Source: Eledone cirrhosa (taxonomy: Eukaryota). From it: a DNA stretch of 64,000 bases. Below, piece by piece: positions 50,501 to 64,000 of the stretch. Position numbers and translations under genes: made by a program. Where the stretch lies: NCBI GenBank assembly GCA_964016885.1, contig OZ024741.1, positions 389,546,001-389,610,000 on the forward strand, read 5' to 3'. The notes beneath the pieces were generated by a model, which saw only the letters and a list, made by a program, of their open reading frames with translations, had not been told where the DNA came from and did no database searches. The first letter of the stretch is position 1, and each line of letters opens with the position of its first letter.

Positions 50501-53500
50501 AACTCACCACTACTACAACAGTACCACTACTGTAGACTATGGTACTCACCACTACTACAACAGTACAACTACTGTAGACTACGGTACTCACCACTACTAC
50601 AACAGTACCACTACTGTAGACTACGGTACTCACCACTACTACAACAGTACCACTACTGTAGACTATGGTACTCACCACTACTACAACAGTACCACTACTC
50701 TAGACTACGGTACTCACCACTACTACAACAGTACCACTACTCTAGACTACGGTACTCACCACTACTACAACAGTACCACTACTCTAGACTACGGAACTCA
50801 CCACTACTACAACAGTACCACTACTCTAGACTACGGTACTCACCACTACTACAACAGTACCACTACTGTAGACTACGGTACTCACCACTACTACAACAGT
50901 ACCACTACTGTAGACTACGCTACTCATCACTACTACAACAGTACCACTACTCTAGACTACGGTACTCACCACTACTACAACAGTACCACTACTCTAGACT
51001 ACGGAACTCACCACTACTACAACAGTACCACTACTCTAGACTACGGTACTCACCACTGCTACAACAGTACCACTACTGTAGACTACGGTACTCACCACTA
51101 CTACAACAGTACCACTACTCTAGACTACGGAACTCACCACTACTACAACATTACAACTACTGTAGACTACGGTACTCACCACTACTACAACAGTACCACT
51201 ACTGTAGACTACGCTACTCATCACTACTACAACAGTACCACTACTGTAGACTACGCTACTCACCACTACTACAACAGTACCACTACTGTAGACTACGCTA
51301 CTCACCACTACTACAACAGTACCACTACTGTAGACTATGGTACTCACCACTACTACAACAGTACCACTCATGTAGACTACGGTACTCACCACTACTACAA
51401 CAGTACCACTACTGTAGACTATGGTACTCACCACTACTACAACAGTACCACTCATGTAGACTACGGTACTCACCACTACTACAACAGTACCACTACCGTA
51501 GACTATGGTACTCACCACTACTACAACAGTACCACTACTGTAGACTACGGTACTCACCACTACTACAACAGTACCACTACTGTAGACTACGGTACTCACC
51601 ACTACTACAACATTACCACTACTGTAGACTATGGTACTCACCACTACTACAACAGTACCACTTCTCTAGACTATGGTACTCACCACTACTACAACAGTAC
51701 CACTACTGTAGACTATGGTACTCACCACTACTACAACAGTACCACTACTCTAGACTACGGTACTCACCACTACTACAACAGTACCACTACTCTAGACTAT
51801 GGTACTCACCACTACTACAACAGTACCACTACACTAGACTACGGAACTCACCACTACTACAACAGTACCACTACTGTAGACTATGGTACTCACCACTACT
51901 ACAACAGTACCACTACTGTAGACTACGGTACTCACCACTACTACAACAGTACCACTACCGTAGACTATGGTACTCACCACTACTACAACAGTACCACTAC
52001 TGTAGACTACGGTACTCACCACTACTACAACAGTACCACTACTGTAGACTACGGTACTCACCACTACTACAACAGTACAACTACTGTAGACTATGGTACT
52101 CACCACTACTACAACAGTACCACTACTCTAGACTATGGTACTCACCACTACTACAACAGTACCACTAATGTAGACTACGGTACTCACCACTACTACAACA
52201 GTACAACTACTGTAGACTATGGTACTCACCACTACTACAACAGTACCACTGCTGTAGACTACGCTACTCACCACTACTACAACAGTACCACTACTGTAGA
52301 CTATGGTACTCACCACTACTACAACAGTACCACTAATGTAGACTACGGTACTCACCACTACTACAACAGTACCACTACCGTAGACTATGGTACTCACCAC
52401 TACTACAACAGTACCACTAATGTAGTCTACGGTACTCACCACTACTACAACAGTACAACTACTGTAGACTATGGTACTCACCACTACTATGACAGTACAA
52501 CTACTGTAGACTACGCTACTCACCACTACTACAACAGTACCACCACTGTAGACTATGGTACTCACCACCACTACAACAGTACCACTACTGTAGACTACGG
52601 TACTCACCACTACTACAACAGTACCAATACTGTAGACTATGGTACTCACCACTACTACAACAGTACCACTACTCTAGACTATGGTACTCACCACTACTAC
52701 AACAGTACCACTACTCTAGACTATGGTACTCACCACTACTACAACAGTACCACTACTCTAGACTATGGTACTGACCACTACTACAACAGTACCACTAATG
52801 TAGACTATGGTACTCACCACTACTACAACAGTACCACTACTCTAGACTACGGTACTCACCACTACTACAACAGCAACTCTACTGTAGACTATGGTACTCA
52901 CCACTACTACAACAGTACCACTACTCTAGACTACGGTACTCACCACTACTACAACAGTACCACTACTCTAGACTACGGAACTCACCATTACTACAACAGT
53001 ACCACTACTGTAGACTATGGTACTCACCACTACTACAACAGTACCACTACTCTAGACTACGGTACTCACCACTACTACAACAGTACCACTACTGTAGACT
53101 ATGGTACTCACCACTACTACAACAGTACCACTACTGTAGACTATGGTACTCACCACTACTACAACAGTACCACTACTCTAGACTACGGTACTCACCACTA
53201 TTACAACAGTACCACTACTGTAGACTATGGTACTCACCACTACTACAACAGTACCACTACTCTAGACTACGGTACTCACCACTACTACAACAGTACCACT
53301 ACTCTAGACTACGGAACTCACCACTACTACAACAGTACCACTACTCTAGACTACGGAACTCACCACTACTACAACAGTACCACTACTCTAGACTACGGTA
53401 CTCACCACTACTACAACAGTACCACTACTGTAGACTATGGTACTCACCACTACTACAACAGTACCACTACTCTAGACTACGGAACTCACCACTACTACAA

Positions 53501-56500
53501 CAGTACCACTACTCTAGACTATGGTACTCACCACTACTACAACAGTACCACTACTGTAGACTACGCTACTCATCACAACTACAACAATACCACTACTGTA
53601 GACTACGCTACTCACCAGTACTACAACAGTACCACTACCGTAGACTATGGTACTCACCACTACTACAACAGTACCACTACTGTAGACTATGGTACTCACC
53701 ACTACTACAACAATACCACTACTGTAGACTATGGTACTCACCACTACTACAACAGTACAACTACTGTAGACTATGGTACTCACCACTACTACAACAGTAC
53801 CACTACTGTAGACTACGCTACTCACCACTACTACAACAGTACCACCACTGTAGACTATAGTACTCACCACCACTACAACAGTACCACCACTGTAGACTAC
53901 GCTACTCACCACTACTACAACAGTACCACCACTGTAGACTACGCTACTCACCACTACTACAACAGTACCACCACTGTAGACTATGGTACTCACCACCACT
54001 ACAACAGTACCACTACTGTAGACTACGCTACTCACCACTACTACAACAGTACCACCACTGTAGACTACGCTACTCACCACTACTACAACAGTACCACCAC
54101 TGTAGACTATGGTACTCACCACTACTACAACAGTACCACTACTCTAGACTACGGTACTCACCACTACTACAACTGTACCACTACTGTAGACTATGGTACT
54201 CACCACTACTACAACAGTACCACTACTGTAGACTATGGTACTCACCACTACTACAAAAGTACCACTACTGTAGACTACGGTACTCACCACTACTACAACA
54301 GTACCACTACTGTAGACTACGGTACTCACCACTACTACAACATTACCACTACTGTAGACTATGGTACTCACCACTACTACAACAGTACCACTACTCTAGA
54401 CTATGGTACTCACCACTACTACAACAGTACCACTACTGTAGACTATGGTACTCACCACTACTACAACAGTACCACTAATGTAGACTACGGTACTCACCAC
54501 TACTACAACAGTACCACTACTCTAGACTATGGTACTCACCACTAATACAACAGTACCACTACTGTAGACTATGGTACTCACCACTACTACAACAGTACCA
54601 CTACTCTAGACTATGGTACTCACCACTAATACAACAGTACCACTACTGTAGACTACGGTACTCACCACTACTACAACAGTACCACTACTCTAGACTACGG
54701 TACTCACCACTACTACAACAGTACAACTACTGTAGACTATGGTACTCACCACTACTACAACAGTACCACTACTGTAGACTATGGTACTCACCACTACTAC
54801 AACAGTACCACTACTCTAGACTACGGTACTCACCACTACTACAACAGTACCACTAATGTAGACTAAGGTACTCACCACTACTACAACAGTACCACTACTG
54901 TAGACTACGGTACTCACCACTACTACAACAGTACAACTACTGTAGACTATGGTACTCACCACTACTGTAGACTACGGTACTCACCACTACTACAACAGTA
55001 CAACTACTGTAGACTACGGTACTCACCAATACTACAACAGCAACTCTACTGTTGACTATGGTACTCACCACTACTACAACAGCAACTCTACTGTAGACTA
55101 TGGTACTCACCACTACTACAACAGCAACTCTACTGTAGACTATGGTACTCACCACTACTACAACAGTACCACTACTCTAGACTACGGTACTCACCACTAC
55201 TACAACAGTACAACTACTCTAGACTACGGTACTCACCACTACTACAACAGTACCACTACTGTAGACTACGGTACTCACCACTACTACAACAGTACCACTA
55301 CTCTAGACTATGGTACTCACCACTACTACAACAGTAGCACTACTGTAGACTATGGTACTCACTACTACTACAACAGTACCACTACTCTAGACTATGGTAC
55401 TCACCACTACTACAACAGTACCACTACTGTAGACTATGGTACTCACCACTACTACAACAGTACCACTACTGTAGACTACAGTACTCACCACTACTACAAC
55501 AGTACCACTACCGTAGACTATGGTACTCACCACTACTACAACAGTACCACTAATGTAGACTACGGTACTCACCACTACTACAACAGTACAACTACTGTAG
55601 ACTATTGTACTCACCACTACTACAACAGTACCACTGCTGTAGACTACGCTACTCACCACAACTACAACAGTACCACTACTGTAGACTACGCTACTGACCA
55701 CTACTACAACAGTACCACTACTGTAGACTACGCTACTCACCACTACTACAACAGTACCACTACTGTAGACTATGGTACTCACCACTACTACAACAGTACC
55801 ACTAATGTAGACTACAGTACTCACCACTACTACAACAGTACCACTACCGTAGACTATGGTACTCACCACTACTACAACAGTACCACTACTGTAGACTACG
55901 GTACTCACCACTACTACAACAGTACAACTACTGTAGACTATGGTACTCACCACTACTACAACAGTACAACTACTCTAGACTATGGTACTCACCACTACTA
56001 CAACAGTACCACTACTGTAGACTACGCTACTCACCACTACTACAACAGTACCACTACCGTAGAGTATGGTACTCACCACTACTACAACAGTACCACTACT
56101 GTAGACTATGGTACTCACCACTACTACAACAGTACCACTACTGTAGACTATGGTACTCACCACTACTACAACAGTACCACTAATGTAGACTACAGTACTC
56201 ACCACTACTACAACAGTACCACTACTGTAGACTATGGTACTCACCACTACTACAACAGTACCACTAATGTAGACTACAGTACTCACCACTACTACAACAG
56301 TACCACTACCGTAGACTATGGTACTCACCACTACTACAACAGTACCACTACCGTAGACTATGGTACTCACCACTACTACAACAGTACCACTAATGTAGAC
56401 TACGGTACTCACCACTACTACAACAGTACCACTACTGTAGACTATGGTACTCACCACTACTACAACAGTACAACTACTGTAGACAACGCTACTCACCACT

Positions 56501-59500
56501 ACTACAACAGTACCACCACTGTAGACTATGGTACTCACCACTACTACAACAGTACCACTACTCTAGACTAGGTACTCACCACTACTACAACAGTACCACT
56601 ACTGTAGACTATGGTACTCACCACTACTACAACAGTACCACTACTCTAGACTATGGTACTCACCACTACTACAACAGTACCACTACTGTAGACTATGGTA
56701 CTCACCACTACTACAACAGTACCACTACTCTAGACTATGGTACTCACCACTACTACAACAGTACCACTACTCTAGACTGTGGTACTCACCACTACTACAA
56801 CAGTACCACTACTGTAGACTACGGTACTCACCACTACTACAACAGTACCACTACTCTAGACTATGGTACTCACCACTACTACAACAGTACCACTACTCTA
56901 GACTACGGTACTCACCACTACTACAACAGTACCACTACTGTAGACTATGGTACTCACCACTACTACAACAGCACAACTACTGTAGACTACGGTACTCACC
57001 CCTACTACAACAGTACAACTACTGTAGACTATGGTACTCACCACTACTACAACAGTACCACTACTCTAGACTAGGTACTCACCACTACTACAACAGTACC
57101 ACTACTGTAGACTATGGTACTCACCACTACTACAACAGTACCACTACTCTAGACTACGGTACTGACCACTACTACAACAGTACCACTAATGTAGACTATG
57201 GTACTCACCACTACTACAACAGTACCACTACTCTAGACTACGGTACTCACCACTACTACAACAGTACCACTACTCTAGACTACGGAACTCACCATTACTA
57301 CAACAGTACCACTACTGTAGACTATGGTACTCACCACTACTACAACAGTACCACTACTGTAGACTATGGTACTCACCCCTACTACAACAGTACAACTACT
57401 GTAGACTATGGTACTCACCACTACTACAACAGTACCACTACTCTAGACTACGGTACTCACCACTACTACAACAGTACCACTACTGTAGACTATGGTACTC
57501 ACCACTACTACAACAGTACCACTACTCTAGACTACGGTACTCACCACTAATACAACAGTACCACTAATGTAGACTATGGTACTCACCACTACTACAACAG
57601 TAGAACTACTGTAGACTACGGTACTCACCACTACTAAAACAGTACCACTACTCTAGACTACGGTACTCACCACTACTACAACAGTACCACTACTCTAGAC
57701 TACGGTACTCACCACTACTACAACAGTACCACTACTCTAGACTATGGTACTCACCACTACTACAACAGTACCACTACTCTAGACTACGGTACTCACCACT
57801 ACTACAACAGTACCACTACTCTAGACTACGGTACTCACCACTACTACAACAGTACCACTACTGTAGACTATGGTACTCACCACTACTACAACAGTACCAC
57901 TACTGTAGACTACGGTACTCACCACTACCACAACAGTACCACTACTGTAGACTATGGTACTCACCACTACTACAACAGTACCACTACTCTAGACTACGGT
58001 ACTCACCACTACTACAACAGTACCACTACTGTAGACGATGGTACTCACCACTACTACAACAGTACCACTACTCTAGACTACGGTACTCACCACTACTACA
58101 ACAGTACCACTAATGTAGACTATGGTACTCACCACTACTACAACAGTACCACTACTCTAGACTACGGTACTCACCACTACTACAACAGTACCACTACTCT
58201 AGACTACGGAACTCACCACTACTACAACAGTACCACTGCTGTAGACTACGGTACTCACCACTACTACAACAGTACCACTACTGTAGACTATGGTACTCAC
58301 CACTACTACAACAGTACCACTACTCTAGACTACGGTACTCACCACTACTACAACAGTACCACTACTGTAGACTATGGTACTCACCACTACTACAACAGTA
58401 CCACTACTGTAGACTATGGTACTCACCACTACTACAACAGTACCACTACTCTAGACTACGGTACTCACCACTACTACAACAGTACCACTAATGTAGACTA
58501 TGGTACTCACCACTACTACAACAGTACCACTACTCTAGACTACGGTACTCACCACTACTACAACAGCAACTCTACTGTAGACTATGGTACTCACCACTAC
58601 TACAACAGTACCACTACTCTAGACTACGGTACTCACCACTAATACAACAGTACCACTACTCTAGACTACGGTACTCACCACTACTACAACAGTAACACTA
58701 CTGTAGACTACGGTACTCACCACTACTACAACATTACCACTACTGTAGACTACGGTACTCACCACTACTACAACAGTACCATTACTGTAGACTACGGTAC
58801 TCACCACTACTACAACATTACCACTACTGTAGACTACGGTACTCACCACTACTACAACAGTACCACTACTCTAGACTACGGTACTCACCGCTACTACAAC
58901 AGTACCACTACTGTAGACTATGGTACTCACCACTACTACAACAGTACCACTACTCTAGACTATGGTACTCACCACTACTACAACAATACCACTACTCTAG
59001 ACTACGGTACTCACCACTACTACAACAGTACCACTACTGTAGACTACGGTACTCACCACTACTACAACAGCAACTCTACTGTAGACTATGGTACTCACCA
59101 CTACTACAACAGCAACTCTACTGTAGACTATGGTACTTACCACTACTACAACAGTACCACTACTCTAGACTACGGTACTCACCACTACTAAAACAGTACC
59201 ACTACTGTAGACTACGGTACTCACCACTACTAAAACAGTACCACTACTGTAGACTACGGTACTCACCACTACTACAACAGCAACTCTACTGTAGACTATG
59301 GTACTCACCACTACTACAACAGCAACTCTACTGTAGACTATGGTACTCACCACTACTACAACAGTACCACTACTCTAGACTACGGTACTCACCACTACTA
59401 AAACAGTACCACTACTCTAGACTACAGTACTCACCACTACTACAACAGTACCACTACTGTAGACTACGGTACTCACCACTACTACAACAGTACCACTACT

Positions 59501-62500
59501 CTAGACTACGGTACTCACCACTACTACAACAGTACCACTACTCTAGACTACGGTACTCACCACTACTACAACAGTACCACTACTGTAGACTATGGTACTC
59601 ACCACTACTACAACAGCACCACTACTGTAGACTACGGTACTCACCACTACTACAACAGTACCACTACTGTAGACTATGGTACTCACCACTACTACAACAG
59701 TACCACTACTCTAGACTACGGTACTCACCACTACTACAACAGTACCACTACTGTAGACTACGGTACTCACCACTACTACAACAGTACCACTACTCTAGAC
59801 TACGGTACTCACCACTACTACAACAGTACCACTACTGTAGACTATGGTACTCACCACTACTACAACAATACCACTACTCTAGACTACGGTACTCACCACT
59901 ACTACAACAGTACCACTACTGTAGACTATGGTACTCACCACTAATACAACAGTACCACTACTGTAGACTACGCTACTCACCACTACTACAACAGTACCAC
60001 TACTGTAGACTATGGTACTCACCACTACTACAACAGTACCACTACTGTAGACTATGGTACTCACCACTACTACAACAGTACCACTACTCTAGACTACGGT
60101 ACTCACCACTACTACAACAGTACCACTACTCTAGACTACGGAACTCACCACTACTACAACAGTACCACTACTGTAGACTACGGTACTCACCACTACTACA
60201 ACAGTACCACTACTGTAGACTATGGTACTCACCACTACTACAACAGTACCACTACTGTAGACTATGGTACTCACCACTACTACAACAGTACCACTACTGT
60301 AGACTATGGTACTCACCACTACTACAACAGTACCACTACTGTAGACTATGGTACTCACCACTACTACAACAGTACCACTAATATAGACTATGGTACTCAC
60401 CACTACTACAACAGTACCACTACTCTAGACTACGGTACTCACCACTACTACAACAGTACCACTACTCTAGACTACGGTACTCACCACTACTACAACAGTA
60501 CCACTACTCTAGACTACGGAACTCACCACTACTACAACAGTACCACTACTCTAGACTACGGTACTCACCACTACTACAACAGTACCACTACTGTAGACTA
60601 TGGTACTCACCACTACTACAACAGTACCACTACTGTAGACTATGGTACTCACCACTACTACAACAGTACCACTACTCTAGACTACGGTACTCACCACTAC
60701 TACAACAGTACTACTACTGTAGACTATGGTACTCACCACTACTACAACAGTACCACTACTGTAGATTATGGTACTCACCACTACTACAACAGTACCACTA
60801 ATGTAGACTATGGTACTCACCACTACTACAACAGTACCACTACCGTAGACTATGGTACTCACCACTACTACAACAGTACCACTACTCTAGACTACGGTAC
60901 TCACCACTACTACAACAGCAACTCTACTGTAGACTATGGTACTCACCACTACTACAACAGTACCACTACTCTAGACTACGGTACTCACCACTAATACAAC
61001 AGTACCACTACTCTAGACTACGGTACTCACCACTACTACAACAGTACCACTACTGTAGACTATGGTACTCACCACTACTACAACAGTACCACTACACTAG
61101 ACTACGGTACTCACCACTACTACAACAGTACGACTACACTAGACTACGGAACTCACCACTACTACAACAGTAACACTACTGTAGACTACGGTACTCACCA
61201 CTACTACAACATTACCACTACTGTAGACTACGGTACTCACCACTACTACAACAGTACCATTACTGTAGACTACGGTACTCACCACTACTACAACATTACC
61301 ACTACTGTAGACTACGGTACTCACCACTACTACAACAGTACCACTACTGTAGACTATGGTACTCACCACTACTACAACAGTACCACTACTCTAGACTATG
61401 GTACTCACCACTACTACAACAATACCACTACTCTAGACTACGGTACTCACCACTACTACAACAGTACCACTACTGTAGACTACGGTACTCACCACTACTA
61501 CAACAGCAACTCTACTGTAGACTATGGTACTCACCACTACTACAACAGCAACTCTACTGTAGACTATGGTACTTACCACTACTACAACAGTACCACTACT
61601 CTAGACTACGGTACTCACCACTACTAAAACAGTACCACTACTGTAGACTACGGTACTCACCACTACTACAACAGCAACTCTACTGTAGACTATGGTACTC
61701 ACCACTACTACAACAGTACCACTACTCTAGACTACGGTACTCACCACTACTACAACAGTACCACTACTGTAGACTACGGTACTCACCACTACTACAACAG
61801 CAACTCTACTGTAGACTATGGTACTCACCACTACTACAACAGCAACTCTACTGTAGACTATGGTACTCACCACTACTACAACAGTACCACTACTCTAGAC
61901 TACGGTACTCACCACTACTAAAACAGTACCACTACTCTAGACTACAGTACTCACCACTACTACAACAGTACCACTACTGTAGACTACGGTACTCACCACT
62001 ACTACAACAGTACCACTACTCTAGACTACGGTACTCACCACTACTACAACAGTACCACTACTCTAGACTACGGTACTCACCACTACTACAACAGTACCAC
62101 TACTGTAGACTATGGTACTCACCACTACTACAACAGCACCACTACTGTAGACTACGGTACTCACCACTACTACAACAGTACCACTACTGTAGACTATGGT
62201 ACTCACCACTACTACAACAGTACCACTACTCTAGACTACGGTACTCACCACTACTACAACAGTACCACTACTGTAGACTACGGTACTCACCACTACTACA
62301 ACAGTACCACTACTCTAGACTACGGTACTCACCACTACTACAACAGTACCACTACTGTAGACTATGGTACTCACCACTACTACAACAATACCACTACTCT
62401 AGACTACGGTACTCACCACTACTACAACAGTACCACTACTGTAGACTATGGTACTCACCACTAATACAACAGTACCACTACTGTAGACTACGCTACTCAC

Positions 62501-64000
62501 CACTACTACAACAGTACCACTACTGTAGACTATGGTACTCACCACTACTACAACAGTACCACTACTGTAGACTATGGTACTCACCACTACTACAACAGTA
62601 CCACTACTCTAGACTACGGTACTCACCACTACTACAACAGTACCACTACTCTAGACTACCGAACTCACCACTACTACAACAGTACCACTACTGTAGACTA
62701 CGGTACTCACCACTACTACAACAGTACCACTACTGTAGACTATGGTACTCACCACTACTACAACAGTACCACTACTGTAGACTATGGTACTCACCACTAC
62801 TACAACAGTACCACTACTGTAGACTATGGTACTCACCACTACTACAACAGTACCACTAATATAGACTATGGTACTCACCACTACTACAACAGTACCACTA
62901 CTCTAGACTACGGTACTCACCACTTCTACAACAGTACCACTACTCTAGACTACGGTACTCACCACTACTACAACAGTACCACTACTCTAGACTACGGAAC
63001 TCACCACTACTACAACAGTACCACTACTCTAGACTACGGTACTCACCACTACTACAACAGTACCACTACACTAGACTACGGAACTCACCACTACTACAAC
63101 AGTACCACTACTGTAGACTATGGTACTCACCACTACTACAACAGTACCACTACTGTAGACTACGGTACTCACCACTACTACAACAGTACCACTACCGTAG
63201 ACTATGGTACTCACCACTACTACAACAGTACCACTACTGTAGACTACGCTACTCACCACAACTACAACAGTACCACTACTGTAGACTACGCTACTCACCA
63301 CTACTACAACAGTACCACTACTGTAGACTACGCTACTCACCACTACTACAACAGTACCACTACTGTAGACTATGGTACTCACCACTACTACAACAGTACC
63401 ACTACTGTAGACTACGGTACTCACCACTACTACAACAGTACCACTACCATAGACTATGGTACTCACCACTACTACAACAGTACCACTAATGTAGACTACG
63501 GTACTCACCACTACTACAACAGTACCACTACTGTAGACTATGCTACTCACCACTACTACAACAGTACCACCACTGTAGACTATGGTACTCACCACCACTA
63601 CAACAGTACCACTACTGTAGACTATGGTACTCACCACTACTACAACATTACCACTACTGTAGACTACGGTACTCACCACTACTACAACAGTACCACTACT
63701 GTAGACTACGGTACTCACCACTACTACAACATTACCACTACTGTAGACTATGGTACTCACCACTACTACAACAGTACCACTACTCTAGACTTTGGTACTC
63801 ACCACTACTACAACAGTACCACTACTGTAGACTATGGTACTCACCACTACTACAACAGTACCACTACTCTAGACTATGATACTCACCACTACTACAACAG
63901 TACCACTACTCTAGACTATGGTACTCACCACTAATACAACAGTACCACTACTGTAGACTACGGTACTCACCACTACTACAACAGTACAACTACTGTAGAC
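2524..64000. repeat. Giant 42-bp tandem satellite array (over 61 kb, about 1460 monomers, continues beyond the window)
   Basis: Continuous head-to-tail monomers, consensus GTAGACTAYGGTACTCACCACTACTACAACAGTACCACTACT. The main variants are G/C at position 1 (creates XbaI TCTAGA) and T/C at position 9 (CpG). There is a single orientation, and no insertion of foreign sequence was seen. Confidence 0.99.
47139..54545 (+). other. Stop-free satellite reading frame (VDYGTHHYYNSTTT)n, 2468 codons; coding status unsupported
   Basis: The monomer length is a multiple of 3 and this frame has no stop in the consensus. The ATG comes from the out-of-frame TATGG joined by a +1 C at about 47170. There is no unique N- or C-terminal domain. 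Confidence 0.12.

Noticed and set aside
47168-57075. 1-bp indels at about 47170 (+C), 56570 and 57073 (-1) as programmed frameshifts
   Set aside because: They fall at short homopolymers (CC to CCC; TAGGGT variant to TAGGT). Ordinary slippage or long-read error is sufficient to explain them.
2681-63763. Over a hundred Val/Ser-rich minus-strand ORFs (VVVVVSTIVYSSGT)n
   Set aside because: These are antisense read-throughs of the satellite. Most start at GTG and are cut by the common G/C variant that makes TAG.
2524-64000. CRISPR-like array
   Set aside because: There are no unique spacers and no cas genes, and the context is eukaryotic.

Overview
Eukaryotic (metazoan) DNA; the interspersed repeats resemble cephalopod/Octopus-type SINEs (from recall, not a database search). 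Bases 1-2523 are unique AT-rich sequence. They hold the terminal coding exon of a minus-strand gene (255-485, clean acceptor and branch point, EF-hand-like C-terminus), two SINE copies sharing one duplicated target site, a 5'-truncated CRE-like non-LTR retrotransposon 3' end, and minor repeats. From about 2524 to the window end lies one very homogeneous 42-bp tandem array (about 1460 monomers; consensus GTAGACTAYGGTACTCACCACTACTACAACAGTACCACTACT). It shows nested higher-order duplications, local variant domains and recurrent +/-17-bp slippage events. Nearly all ORFs in the track are read-throughs of this satellite. Two points stand out. Every monomer carries a consensus 5' splice site (G|GTGAGT) on the host-gene strand, with the array probably inside that gene. 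The + frame gives a His/Tyr/Thr-rich 14-aa repeat, open for up to about 7.4 kb but broken by stops and frameshifts elsewhere. No novel system is demonstrated; these are testable hypotheses.
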